Below, in pieces: positions 19,194 through 28,477 of a stretch of DNA of 64,000 bases (positions are counted from its first letter, which is position 1; each line of letters begins with the position of its first letter). The notes beneath the pieces were generated by a model that did not search any database, was not told the origin of the DNA, and worked only from the letters and a program-made list of their open reading frames with translations. The position numbers were made by a program, and so were the translations under genes. Source of the stretch: an uncultured Planctomycetaceae bacterium (GTDB lineage: Bacteria; Planctomycetota; Phycisphaerae; SM23-33); assembly GCA_964427875.1 (NCBI GenBank), contig CAYRVX010000021.1, forward strand, positions 629-64,628. The letters are read 5' to 3'.

Positions 19194-20309
19194 ATGTCTG
19201 ATACGAGAGTATCGATCCGAGAGCCCCTCAGGGCGAGATCGGCGAATGCGATGGGCCGTAGAGAACTCCTCGCCGGCCTGGGCCTCGGGTCCCTGCTGGG
19301 CGCGATCTCACGGCCTTCGGAATGCCATGCGGCGGAGAAGGCGGATGCGGCCGACCAGCCCACCATCGCCACGAAGGCCGACCTGCGGGAGTGCGAGAGG
19401 CTCAAGAAGCTGGACCTGAACGACCCGGAGGTGGTTGCCCGGCGGAAAAAGATGCCGGCCGGAAAGATCGGCAACCTCTCCGTCGGCCGGCTCATCTGCG
19501 GCAGCAACCTGATCAGCATGAACATGCACGCGCGGGACCTGGACTACGTACGCGCGCTGGCGACCCACTACAACACGGAGGAGCGGGTTTTCATGACGCT
19601 GAAGAAATGCGAGGAGCTCGGCGTCAACACGATCGTGCTGAAGAACCACAACTTCAAGCGATTCCGGCTGTCGAGGTACTGGGACGAATGGGGCGGCAGG
19701 ATGCAGTGGATCGCCGACGTGATCACCACGGACATCAACCGGTACGAAAGGCTGCTGGTGGAGCACCTGGAGCTGGGGGCGGCGGCGGCCTACCTGTGGG
19801 GCGGGGCGAGCGACACCTGGTACGGGCAGAAGAAGCAGGGCAACATCGTCAAGGCCATGGAGATCATGAGGAAGCACGGGATCCCCGCGGGGGTATGTGC
19901 CCACCACCTGGAGCCCATCAAGTTCTGTGAAAAGGAGGGACTCAAGCCGGACTTCTACATGAAGACGCTGCACCACGACCGGTACTGGTCGGCACATCCG
20001 AAGGCCAACAGGCGGTACATGGAGATGTACCAGAGGAACTCGCCCAATCATGCCGAGTACCACGACAACCTGTTCTGCCGCGATCACGAGGAGACCGTGG
20101 CGTTCATGCAGGACGTCAAGGCCCCGTGGATCGCCTTCAAGGTGCTGGCCGCCGGGGCCATCCCGCCGAGGGACGGCTTCAAGTATGCCTTTGACGGCGG
20201 CGCCGACTTCATCTGCGTGGGCATGTTCGACTTCCAGGTCGAGGCCGATGCCAGGCTGACCCAAACGACCGTCGCAAAGGCCAAAGGCCGCAAGCGCCCG
20301 TGGGCATGA
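19194..20309 (+). CDS. Conserved hypothetical Tat-exported protein, distant aldo/keto-reductase-like TIM barrel
   Basis: AGGAG RBS; GRRELLAGLGLG signal; GNLSVGRLICGSN, PWIAFKVLAAGAI, GADFICVGMFDFQV. Confidence 0.7.
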   Translation: MSDTRVSIREPLRARSANAMGRRELLAGLGLGSLLGAISRPSECHAAEKADAADQPTIATKADLRECERLKKLDLNDPEVVARRKKMPAGKIGNLSVGRLICGSNLISMNMHARDLDYVRALATHYNTEERVFMTLKKCEELGVNTIVLKNHNFKRFRLSRYWDEWGGRMQWIADVITTDINRYERLLVEHLELGAAAAYLWGGASDTWYGQKKQGNIVKAMEIMRKHGIPAGVCAHHLEPIKFCEKEGLKPDFYMKTLHHDRYWSAHPKANRRYMEMYQRNSPNHAEYHDNLFCRDHEETVAFMQDVKAPWIAFKVLAAGAIPPRDGFKYAFDGGADFICVGMFDFQVEADARLTQTTVAKAKGRKRPWA

Positions 20310-20350
20310 GCACAAAGAGCGCCGCCTTCAAACACAGTACGCCCTAAACC

Positions 20351-20397
20351 TGGGGACGCTAACCAGGTTTATAGATGAAAAACGGTTAGCGTCCCCA
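20351..20397. repeat. Intergenic inverted-repeat element, copy 2 of 3
   Basis: TGGGGACGCTAACC-N19-GGTTAGCGTCCCCA, perfect 14-bp arms. Confidence 0.88.
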
Positions 20398-20414
20398 TAT
20401 TAAGAGGCCACGCC

Positions 20415-22073
20415 ATGACGGCACATACAGACGAGGGGAGATGGACGCGGCGAGACTTCTTTACGCGCGTGGCCGCCGGCGCGGGGGCACTGGGGTGGTC
20501 TCTCGCCCGCGGCGCGGCGGGCGGCGAGGCGGGCGCGGGCCGGCGCAGGCCGAACTTCCTCGTGGTCGTCGCCGACGACATGGGGTTCTCGGATGCCGGC
20601 TGCTACGGCGGGGAGATTGACACGCCGAACCTGGACCGCCTGGCGGCCGGCGGGCTGCGGTTCACGCAGATGTACTCCACGGGCCGATGCTGGCCGTCGC
20701 GGGCGTGCATCCTGACCGGCTACTACGCCCAGCAGGTCCGCATGGACCCGCCGAAGGGACGCCTTCCGGCCTGGTGCCGCCTGGGGCCGCACTTCCTCAA
20801 GCCGCTGGGCTACCGCTGCTACCACTCCGGCAAGTGGCACATCCGCGGGGCGCCGAAGCCCGTCGCCGACGGGGGCTTCGACCGTTCCTACCACCTGGCC
20901 GACCAGGACCGATTCTTCTCGCCCCGGCGGCACTGGGAGGACGACCGGCCCCTGCCGCCGGTCTCCCCCGACAGCGGGTACTACGCCACCACGGCGATCG
21001 CCGACCGGGCGATCGGGCACCTGACCGAGCACGCGCGGAAGCACGCGGGCCGGCCGTTCTTCCACTACCTGGCCTTCACCTCGCCCCACTTCCCGCTGCA
21101 CGCCCTGCAGGAGGACATCGCCTGCTATCGGGCCCGCTACGCCAAGGGGTGGGACGCCGCCCGCAAGGCCCGCTGGCAGCGGATGCGCGACGCGGGCCTG
21201 ATCGACTGCGACCTGTCGCGGCCCGAGCCCGACATCAAGCCTGGCTGGAACCTGCCGGCAGAGCAGTTGCACAAGCGCATCGGGCCCGGCGAGGTGGCCC
21301 GGGCCGTCCCGTGGACCGACCTGACCGACCGGCAGAAGGCGTTCCAGGCGACCAAGATGGCGATTCACGCGGCCATGATCGACCGCATGGACCGCGAGAT
21401 CGGCCGGGTCCTCGACCAACTGAGGAAGATGGGGGCCTGGGAGAACACCGTCGTCCTCTTCGTGTCCGACAACGGCGCCAGCGCGGAGCAGATCATCCGT
21501 GGCGACAAGCACGATCCGTCGGCCCAGCCGGGGTCGCGGCGGTCGTACCTCTGCCTCGGGCCCGGCTGGTCCACGGCGGCGAACACCCCGCTGCGGCTCC
21601 ACAAGTCGTGGGTGCACGAGGGGGGCATCGCCTCGCCCTTCATCGTGCACTGGCCGGCGGGCCTGCGGGCGCGAGGCGAGCTGCGCCACAACCCGGGGCA
21701 CTTCGTCGATCTGCTGCCGACTATCATCGAGCTGGCCGGCGGGCGGGCCTCGGGGAGGTGGAAGGGCATGTCCGTCCCACCCATGGCCGGGCGGAGCCTG
21801 GCGCCGGCGCTGACGAAGGATGGCAGCGTCCCCCACGACTTCCTGTTCTTCCATCACTCCGGCAACCGGGCGATCCGGGTCGGCGACTGGAAGCTGGTGT
21901 CGGCCGGGCGGGCAGGGCCCTGGGAGCTGTACAACCTGCGAGCCGACCGGTGCGAATCGAAGGACCTCGCGGCGAGCCATCCGGAGAAGGTCCGCGAGTT
22001 GTCGAAGGCGTGGCAGCGGCACGAGACTGCGTTCCGCCGCCTGGCCGACGCAGCCCCCAGCGGCAAGCGTTAG
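20415..22073 (+). CDS. Tat-exported arylsulfatase (family S1)
   Basis: TRRDFF signal, RPNFLVVVADDMGFSD, CWPSR, GKWH, VSDNG, HKSWVHEGGI. Confidence 0.93.
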   Translation: MTAHTDEGRWTRRDFFTRVAAGAGALGWSLARGAAGGEAGAGRRRPNFLVVVADDMGFSDAGCYGGEIDTPNLDRLAAGGLRFTQMYSTGRCWPSRACILTGYYAQQVRMDPPKGRLPAWCRLGPHFLKPLGYRCYHSGKWHIRGAPKPVADGGFDRSYHLADQDRFFSPRRHWEDDRPLPPVSPDSGYYATTAIADRAIGHLTEHARKHAGRPFFHYLAFTSPHFPLHALQEDIACYRARYAKGWDAARKARWQRMRDAGLIDCDLSRPEPDIKPGWNLPAEQLHKRIGPGEVARAVPWTDLTDRQKAFQATKMAIHAAMIDRMDREIGRVLDQLRKMGAWENTVVLFVSDNGASAEQIIRGDKHDPSAQPGSRRSYLCLGPGWSTAANTPLRLHKSWVHEGGIASPFIVHWPAGLRARGELRHNPGHFVDLLPTIIELAGGRASGRWKGMSVPPMAGRSLAPALTKDGSVPHDFLFFHHSGNRAIRVGDWKLVSAGRAGPWELYNLRADRCESKDLAASHPEKVRELSKAWQRHETAFRRLADAAPSGKR

Positions 22074-22151
22074 CCCGCGCCCTGCCTCGCGCCGAGGCCG
22101 CCGCTCACCCCAGAGCCTCTGGACCGGCAGAGCCTGTGAAACCCAGAAACC

Positions 22152-22198
22152 CAGGGACGCTAACCGGGTTTCTCGCTGAAAAACGGTTAGCGTCCCTG
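22152..22198. repeat. Intergenic inverted-repeat element, copy 3 of 3
   Basis: CAGGGACGCTAACC-N19-GGTTAGCGTCCCTG, perfect 14-bp arms, preceded by a GAAACCCA-GAAACCCA duplication. Confidence 0.88.
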
Positions 22199-22209
22199 TT
22201 TTATGGAGT

Positions 22210-23199
22210 TCATTCCGTGCATATTGGCTTGACGTAGGCGGCGTAGCGCTCGGCGACCTTGCCGGCCTTGACGTCGCCGGTGTGGACGAGGATGCCGACC
22301 CGCTGGAGGAGGGACCGGCCCTTGGCGAGCGTGAACTTCTTGCCGCTGCGGGCGTCGACGCGCCGCGGGCCGAACGTGCCGTAGTTGCGCGTCAGCCACC
22401 TGCGGGGCTCCTTCTGTTCGCTGTGGACCAGGACGGCCAGGCCCTCCGCGACGCCGTCGATCGTGTTGGTGTAGTCCACCCACCGCGCCATCTTGCCGTG
22501 GGTGCCCTTCTGGTTCACGCCGCCCTCGGAGTTGGTCATCGTGCCGCCCTTCTGCACGGAGAAGGCCGGCGTCATGCGGACGTACGGCCAGGCGTAGTGC
22601 GTGGCGTCGGAGACGAAGGCCACGTCCCCGTAGGCGGCCGTCAGGGTGAACGTCAGGTCCAGGAGGTACTCCCCGCCGCCGAGCGGCGTGAGGCGCATCC
22701 GCCGATGCTCGTCCAGCACGGGTGTGTTCCGGTCCATCTCCCACAGCAGCTTCGCGGTGATCGTGGCGGAACCATCCCCGATGCTCGGCGGGAAGAGCTT
22801 CAGAAGCCTCACGCGGTTGCGGAAGGGCGAGTTCGGGTCCTTCTTGTCCACGCGGCTGTAGAGGGCGTTGTAGAAGCTCACCTTCGCCTTGCCGGCGAGC
22901 TGGACGGTGTCGGCGAACCACAGCGACCGGTGGTGCGGATACGGGTTGGTCTGCACGACCGTCATCGCCTTGCCCGAGGGGCTTCGCGGCACGATGTACG
23001 GCAGGTCCAGGTCGGCGGAGTAGTAGAAGCTGAACGCCTCCTTCCCGTCGATCATCGCCCGGAGCCGCCCGGCCTCATCGTCGCGCTTCAACTCGATGCG
23101 CGGGGAGCTGGCCTTCTGCTGAGCTGCCAGCGGGCAGACAGGCATCATCGCAAGCAGCGCGGCAACGCAACAGTGTCCGAAAAGCGAATTCCTCATCAT
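22210..23199 (-). CDS. Secreted DUF6807-like protein (so-called PmoA-family label; not a methane monooxygenase)
   Basis: Signal peptide; YPHHRSLWFA, NSEGG, ARWVDY, WLTRNYG. Confidence 0.7.
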   Translation of the reverse strand: MMRNSLFGHCCVAALLAMMPVCPLAAQQKASSPRIELKRDDEAGRLRAMIDGKEAFSFYYSADLDLPYIVPRSPSGKAMTVVQTNPYPHHRSLWFADTVQLAGKAKVSFYNALYSRVDKKDPNSPFRNRVRLLKLFPPSIGDGSATITAKLLWEMDRNTPVLDEHRRMRLTPLGGGEYLLDLTFTLTAAYGDVAFVSDATHYAWPYVRMTPAFSVQKGGTMTNSEGGVNQKGTHGKMARWVDYTNTIDGVAEGLAVLVHSEQKEPRRWLTRNYGTFGPRRVDARSGKKFTLAKGRSLLQRVGILVHTGDVKAGKVAERYAAYVKPICTE

Positions 23200-23215
23200 C
23201 TTCTCCCCAAATCCC

Positions 23216-23260
23216 TTCGTGTAATTCGTGTAACCCGCCTGCCGCCAGGCAGGTTCGTGG
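23216..23260. repeat. 9-mer tandem repeat (TTCGTGTAA) interrupted by a 20-nt near-palindrome
   Basis: TTCGTGTAA TTCGTGTAA [CCCGCCTGCCGCCAGGCAGG] TTCGTGG. Confidence 0.75.
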
Positions 23261-23285
23261 ACTCCCGGCGCTTGTCCTCTGGGCC

Positions 23286-24470
23286 TCAGAACGCCTTGAC
23301 CGGCACTTCCGCCCCGCCCTTCTCGGCCGAGACGTAGGCGCTGTAGATCGTCGAGATCGCATCGGCGGCCAGCCGGCTGTCGCTCTCCAGCGGCTCGTCG
23401 TAGGCGACCGTCCGGTAGAACGCCTCCATCTCCTGGGGATAGCCCGTGAAGTGGTCCTCGTCCACCGACGGCTGGGTCCAGCCCTGCTTCGTGCCGATCT
23501 TCTCGACCACGTAGATGTCCTGGAAGTACCCCTCGACGGGGTTGTAGGTCTCCATGGCGTTGTTGGGGTTGATGCGGCAGACGGTGCGGTGGTTGTTGGC
23601 GGCGACCTCGAGCCAGTTGTGGATGCCGCCGAGGATGATCTCGGAGGCGTACACGTCTCCGATGGTGCCGTCCTCGAAGACCACGTGGGTCAGGGAGAAG
23701 TCCTCGATGTCCACGTAGTCGGCGCGGAGGTGGCCCGCGTCCCGGAAGCCGTCGATTCGCGTCAGCGCGTGCGTGCGGCAGGAGACGGCCTTCGGGCGGA
23801 TGGGCTTGCCGTTCCGCGCCCGGCCCTCGACGCACTTGAGGTACAGCGCCGCCGTGAGCGGGTGGCAGCCCTTGCCGATCAGCGACCCGCCGCCGGAGAA
23901 CTTCCAGTAGGCGTACGTGGCGGCGTGCGAGCCGCTGTGGGCCTCCTCGCCGTGCATCCAGAGGACCTGCGCGCCGGTCTTCTCGATGATCTCCCGCTCC
24001 TTCTGGATGGAGGGGGCGTAGACCCAGTTCTCGGCGTAGAGGATCCTGCCGGCCCCGGCGGCCTCGGCGGCGCGCATCCGCTCGATGCTCGCAAGGGCCG
24101 CCTCCAGCGCGTCGGCCTTGCCGAAGGCGTCCCCGTTGAAGTCGTCCGACCCGTCGCCGAAGTAGCCGGTCAGGGGCTTCTCGACGATGGCGGACCTGCC
24201 GGCCTCCAGGGCCGCCACGGCGATCTCCTCGTGGACGACCGGCGGCGTGCAGACGTGGACGACGTCGGCCGCCTCGATGAGCGCCTCGAGGCTGTCGAAG
24301 CTGCGGATGCCTCTCTGTGCGGCGTACTCGGCCGCCTGCTCGCGGTCGATGGCGAAGACGCCGACGACCTCGACGTTCGCCCCGTGGACCCTCTGGAGGC
24401 AGTTGTAATGAAACGTGGCCGCGAAGCCCGCGCCGACCAGCCCGGTTCGAACCGTCTTCTTCTCATCCAT
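23286..24470 (-). CDS. Gfo/Idh/MocA family oxidoreductase
   Basis: GLVGAGFAA, AIVEKPL, YAENWVYAP, SGGGSLIGKGCHP. Confidence 0.9.
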   Translation of the reverse strand: MDEKKTVRTGLVGAGFAATFHYNCLQRVHGANVEVVGVFAIDREQAAEYAAQRGIRSFDSLEALIEAADVVHVCTPPVVHEEIAVAALEAGRSAIVEKPLTGYFGDGSDDFNGDAFGKADALEAALASIERMRAAEAAGAGRILYAENWVYAPSIQKEREIIEKTGAQVLWMHGEEAHSGSHAATYAYWKFSGGGSLIGKGCHPLTAALYLKCVEGRARNGKPIRPKAVSCRTHALTRIDGFRDAGHLRADYVDIEDFSLTHVVFEDGTIGDVYASEIILGGIHNWLEVAANNHRTVCRINPNNAMETYNPVEGYFQDIYVVEKIGTKQGWTQPSVDEDHFTGYPQEMEAFYRTVAYDEPLESDSRLAADAISTIYSAYVSAEKGGAEVPVKAF

Positions 24471-24569
24471 GGGGCGCCTCCTCTTCTCGGGTTCGCCTTG
24501 GGGGATCATACCAGCAAAGCGGACGCAGCGACACCCTCTCGGGAAACTGAAGCAGCGGCGCCAGGCGCC

Positions 24570-27500
24570 TCACCGGGCCGCCCGCGCGGCCCGCTCGCAC
24601 GCCCGCAGGAGCACGCGCCTCGTGGTCACTTCCGGGTAGTCGCCGGCGAGCTTCCGCATCTCCTCGAGTCGCGCCGGATCGGCGAGCATGGCCAGCGCCC
24701 CGGCGGCTGCGTGGCGGACGTCCATCGCGTTGTCGAAGTCGCGCACGGCCGCCAGCAGCGCCCCGGCGGCCCGGCGGTCGCCGATCCGCCCGAGCGCGTC
24801 GGCGGCCGCGGCCCGATAGCACGGCGTCATGGCGTTGTGAAGGAACACGTTCGGCGGGTCGGGCCGGCCGAAACTCGCCTCCGTCGGGTCCTCCGTCAGC
24901 GAGGCGATCAGCGGGCCCACGGAGCCGCGGTCGCGGAGCTTGCCCAGCGCCCGGGCCAGCATGAAGCAGGTCCAACTGCGCTTTCGCGAGGGCCTCGCGG
25001 CGCGGTGGCGCTGGTAGGCCGCCCGGATCCGCGGGGCGAAGGAGCGGTCGCGGCAGATGACCGACAGGACGTGCGCCGCTCGCGATTCCGGGCACAGCAC
25101 GCCGGTCGAGCTGGCCGGCGGCGAGGCCGTCACCGCCGAACGCCATCGTTTCGCCTCGCCGGCCTGCTCGTCGCCCAGGACCGCCAGGCACGCCTCGATC
25201 ACCTCGTTCGCGGCGCCGCTGCGGGCGATCACCCGCGCCGTGACGTTCTCGTACGCGTCGTTCTCGAACAGCAGCCCGCGGTCCGAGTCGATGGGGACGG
25301 CCTTGAGCATCGCCTTGGCGATCTTCGCGGCCCCCGCCGAGCCGATCGCGTCCAGCGCCTCGATAATCCGATAGTGCACGATCGACGAGTGGCAGCCCAT
25401 CAGCCAACTGTGGTCGCCCACCCGGTGGGTGTATCGCCAGAAGTCGCCCAGGTCGACGAAGGCGCCCAGCAGGATCGCCTCCGCCTCCGCCGTGGCGATC
25501 CAGCCGAGGGCCTCGGCGGCCGTCGCGGCCACGTACGCCGGGCGCTGGTGGCGGCCCAACTCGTCGTGGGCCCCCTTCCGGCAGGCCTGGGCGCCCTGAC
25601 GGAGCAGCTCGCCCAGCAGGCCGACGGCCTTGGCGTCCTTCAGCCGGCCGAGCGCGCGCATGGCCTCCAGGGTCGCGCGGAGATTGTCCGGCTTGCCCGT
25701 CCGCAGAAATCCTCGCAGCGCCGCGGCCGCCGCGTTGGAGCCCACGTGCGACAGCGCGACGATGGCCTTGTGCCGCATGGCCGCGTCCGTATCCGAAAGC
25801 CGCCCGATCAGCTCCTGCTCGATGCGTGGCCAGTCGTTGGCCCGAATCCACCGCCTCCACGCTTCGTCCCCGCGGCCGCCGAGAGGCGCGTAGCCGTCAA
25901 ACGGCTCGGCGTGGCCGGTGAGGTTCTCCAGCGCCAGGTGGGCCGCCTGGGCCACGGCAGGGTCGCGATCGAGCAGTGCCTTCAGGAGCGGCGCAATCGC
26001 CCGCCGGTCTCCACAGGCGGACAAGGCGAGGGCCGCGGCGATCCGCAGCTCCCGGGGCCCGTCGGCCAGCGGCCCCGCCAGCGCCTGGACGGCCGCCCGG
26101 TCGCGGAAGATCGCCAGCCGCCGCGCCGCGGAGATCCCGAGCGCCTCGTCGGGGCCGCGAAGCTGCTCCATCAACGCCTGGACTTCCCCTCTTCGCCCAA
26201 GGCCGTACAGGTCGATCGACGCCACCTCGCGGAAGCGGTCCAGTTGGAGGTTCAGCACGCCGCCGTTGGCGGCGTTGTTGCCGCGGAAGCGATGCGGGCG
26301 CCCCTGGCCGAGCAGCCGGACCGGCCGGGCCTGCATGGCCAGCAGGCCGCCGGCGGCGTTCGGCGCCGACGGGCGGGCGCCGTGACAGCCCACGCACGAG
26401 CGCCGCTCGCCGGGGCGGACGTAGATCCACGTCATCTCGTTGACGACGCTGCGGCCCTCGGCGTCCACCGCCTGGAGCGCCAGCGCCCGGTCGGCGGGAA
26501 CCTCGAGGCAGAACGACCCGTCCGGCGCCAGCGGGGCCGTGCCCAGCTCCACCGCCTCCACGCCGATGTGATCGTAGGAATGCCTCGCCGAGCGGTTCGT
26601 CAGCGGCCGGCCCTCGTAGACGCGGATCGCCCGCACGCGGGAGAGTTCGGCCTGCGTCTGCTTGCCCGCCAAGACGTTCTGGCAGATCAGGAAGCCCGTC
26701 CTGCCGATCCCGCCGGCCGCGTCGTCGGGCACGGAGGAGGAGATCGCCGGCGGCCGGGGGCGCGGGCCGAGATACACCGGCGAGTGCACGTCATAGGTGT
26801 CCCGCCCGTGAAGGCGAACGATGCCGCCGGTCTGGAGGTCCAGTAAGCCGATCGCCGCCATGCCGGCGGTCGTGCAGAGCAGCCGACCGTCGGGCATGGG
26901 CGAGATGTCGAACAGGCCCATACCCGAGCTGATCACGATCGGCGGGTCCACGCCGCCGGCCGAGATCACCAGCCCGTGCTGCGAGAGGCACGCCACCCGC
27001 CCGTCGGGCAGCGGGGCCGGGCTGCCGTAGCCGTAGCGGCGCAGCCAACTGGCGTTCTGTTCGGCGGCCGTCGAGGCGTCGTAGCCGATCGCGTACCGGT
27101 CGGCCCCCAGCAGGACCTGCCCGGCCGTGCCGTCCGGACGCGTCACGTGGATCTGTGTCTCGACCTTCGCCCGCTCCAGGAAGTTGTCGCAACGGATGAA
27201 GGCGATCAGCCCGTCCGCCGTGATCCGCGGCTCGTTGTCGCCCACGATGTGATAGGTGATCGGCCGGATGTCCCCCCCGTCGGCCCCCATGACGAACAGG
27301 CTCCTGGCGGGGTTTCCGTGGTACTCCTCGCGGCTGCCGAGCCGCGTGGAGCTGAAGAGGATGCGTCCGTCGGGCATCTCGGCGGGGTCGAAGTCGTGGA
27401 ACGCCCCTGCAGTGAGGCGCTGCGGCTCGCCGCCGCCGGCGGGCAGGCGCCAGACGTGGAAGAACTTCTCGCCGTCGCGCGCCATGGCGAAGTAGATCGT

Positions 27501-28400
27501 CCGGCCGTCGTAGGAGACGCTGGGCGAGCCGATGACGCCGCTGCCGGCGGTGAGGAGCATGCGCGGTGCCGCGTCCGGGCGGGCGGGCGAGAGAACGTGA
27601 AGCTGCCGCCCCAGCACGCTCGGCCCGGGCTTGTCCATCTCGAGGTAGGCTCGCGACCCGCGGATGCGCCAGACGCACTGCGGCAGGCGCGTCGAGCTCT
27701 CGGGGACCCGCCCGGTCAGGAAGACGACGCCCGCCGGCCAGCGGAAACCCTCGGGCGGCTCGGCGAACCGTACGGCCAGGCGGCGCCGGCCCCGCGCCGG
27801 CGAGGGCGGCCCGGGATACGTCACCGTGCCCCAGATCCCCTTGCCCATGGCCGCCAGCTCGACGGCGGGGGGCCACTTGGAGCCGTCGAACTCGTTGTGC
27901 GTCCAGCCCGTCTGGGGGCCCACCGAGAACGCCCACGTCCGGTCGGTGTGCAGTTCGATCGGCGCGCGATCCTTGAAGTCCATGCGCAAGGCCGCGACCA
28001 GCCCCGCCGGGCCGCCGAGGTTGATCCCGCGAATGGCGATCACGTTCCCCCCGGGCGTCAGGAGATGGGCGACGTCGTACTTCTCCACGGACCGCCAGTA
28101 GCCCGAGTCGTACCCCGTCTCGCCGCCGACGAGCGATCCGTTGACGAAGACCTCGTAGCCGTTGTCGGCGGTGACCAGCACGGCCGCCGAGGTCGGCCTG
28201 GCCGGCAGGTCGACCGTCCTGCGGAAGTAGCAGGAGACGACGCCTTCCCGCAGGGCGTCCCTGGCGTTCCAGATCCAGAACGCCTTGCCCAGGGCGGGCA
28301 GAGTAGCGGCCGGCGGCCTCTCGAGCTCCGCCGAGGGCGCCGCCGAAGTCACAAGGGCTGACAGGATCGTCGCCACACGCAACGTGACAAGAAGCTCCAC
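24570..28400 (-). CDS. Secreted multidomain protein: rhamnosidase-N-like beta-sandwich, TolB-like propeller, hydrazine-synthase-alpha middle-domain-like region with heme c motif, HEAT repeats
   Basis: GTG start after AAGGA; WIW...YFRR...VTADNGYEVFVNG; HDFDPAEMPDGRILFSSTR; DGSFCLEVPADRALALQAVD...PGERRSCVGCH; C-terminal AAxALGxIGD repeats. Confidence 0.78.
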   Translation of the reverse strand: MELLVTLRVATILSALVTSAAPSAELERPPAATLPALGKAFWIWNARDALREGVVSCYFRRTVDLPARPTSAAVLVTADNGYEVFVNGSLVGGETGYDSGYWRSVEKYDVAHLLTPGGNVIAIRGINLGGPAGLVAALRMDFKDRAPIELHTDRTWAFSVGPQTGWTHNEFDGSKWPPAVELAAMGKGIWGTVTYPGPPSPARGRRRLAVRFAEPPEGFRWPAGVVFLTGRVPESSTRLPQCVWRIRGSRAYLEMDKPGPSVLGRQLHVLSPARPDAAPRMLLTAGSGVIGSPSVSYDGRTIYFAMARDGEKFFHVWRLPAGGGEPQRLTAGAFHDFDPAEMPDGRILFSSTRLGSREEYHGNPARSLFVMGADGGDIRPITYHIVGDNEPRITADGLIAFIRCDNFLERAKVETQIHVTRPDGTAGQVLLGADRYAIGYDASTAAEQNASWLRRYGYGSPAPLPDGRVACLSQHGLVISAGGVDPPIVISSGMGLFDISPMPDGRLLCTTAGMAAIGLLDLQTGGIVRLHGRDTYDVHSPVYLGPRPRPPAISSSVPDDAAGGIGRTGFLICQNVLAGKQTQAELSRVRAIRVYEGRPLTNRSARHSYDHIGVEAVELGTAPLAPDGSFCLEVPADRALALQAVDAEGRSVVNEMTWIYVRPGERRSCVGCHGARPSAPNAAGGLLAMQARPVRLLGQGRPHRFRGNNAANGGVLNLQLDRFREVASIDLYGLGRRGEVQALMEQLRGPDEALGISAARRLAIFRDRAAVQALAGPLADGPRELRIAAALALSACGDRRAIAPLLKALLDRDPAVAQAAHLALENLTGHAEPFDGYAPLGGRGDEAWRRWIRANDWPRIEQELIGRLSDTDAAMRHKAIVALSHVGSNAAAAALRGFLRTGKPDNLRATLEAMRALGRLKDAKAVGLLGELLRQGAQACRKGAHDELGRHQRPAYVAATAAEALGWIATAEAEAILLGAFVDLGDFWRYTHRVGDHSWLMGCHSSIVHYRIIEALDAIGSAGAAKIAKAMLKAVPIDSDRGLLFENDAYENVTARVIARSGAANEVIEACLAVLGDEQAGEAKRWRSAVTASPPASSTGVLCPESRAAHVLSVICRDRSFAPRIRAAYQRHRAARPSRKRSWTCFMLARALGKLRDRGSVGPLIASLTEDPTEASFGRPDPPNVFLHNAMTPCYRAAAADALGRIGDRRAAGALLAAVRDFDNAMDVRHAAAGALAMLADPARLEEMRKLAGDYPEVTTRRVLLRACERAARAAR

Positions 28401-28477
28401 ACGGGGTCCTTTCCTTGGCGGCTCGGGCCGCCCGCTCCCTGCCGGTCGCGGCTCAGGGCGTGGTGGTGCGCGGTGGC

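Noticed and set aside
19130-22198. Integron attC sites (TAAC...GTTA cores after gene ends)
   Set aside because: Only 21 nt separate AAC and GTT, much shorter than known attC sites; the arms are near-perfect, without extrahelical bases; no integrase in the window. Kept as an unclassified element.
19130-22198. CRISPR array
   Set aside because: The repeats are separated by whole genes of 1.2-1.8 kb and there are no cas genes.
22210-23199. Methane monooxygenase subunit
   Set aside because: Soluble secreted protein of the DUF6807-like type; no multi-TM PmoA features and no pmoCB.
24570-28400. Anammox hydrazine synthase
   Set aside because: Only a partial alpha-like region with one heme motif; no beta/gamma subunits or multiheme partners.
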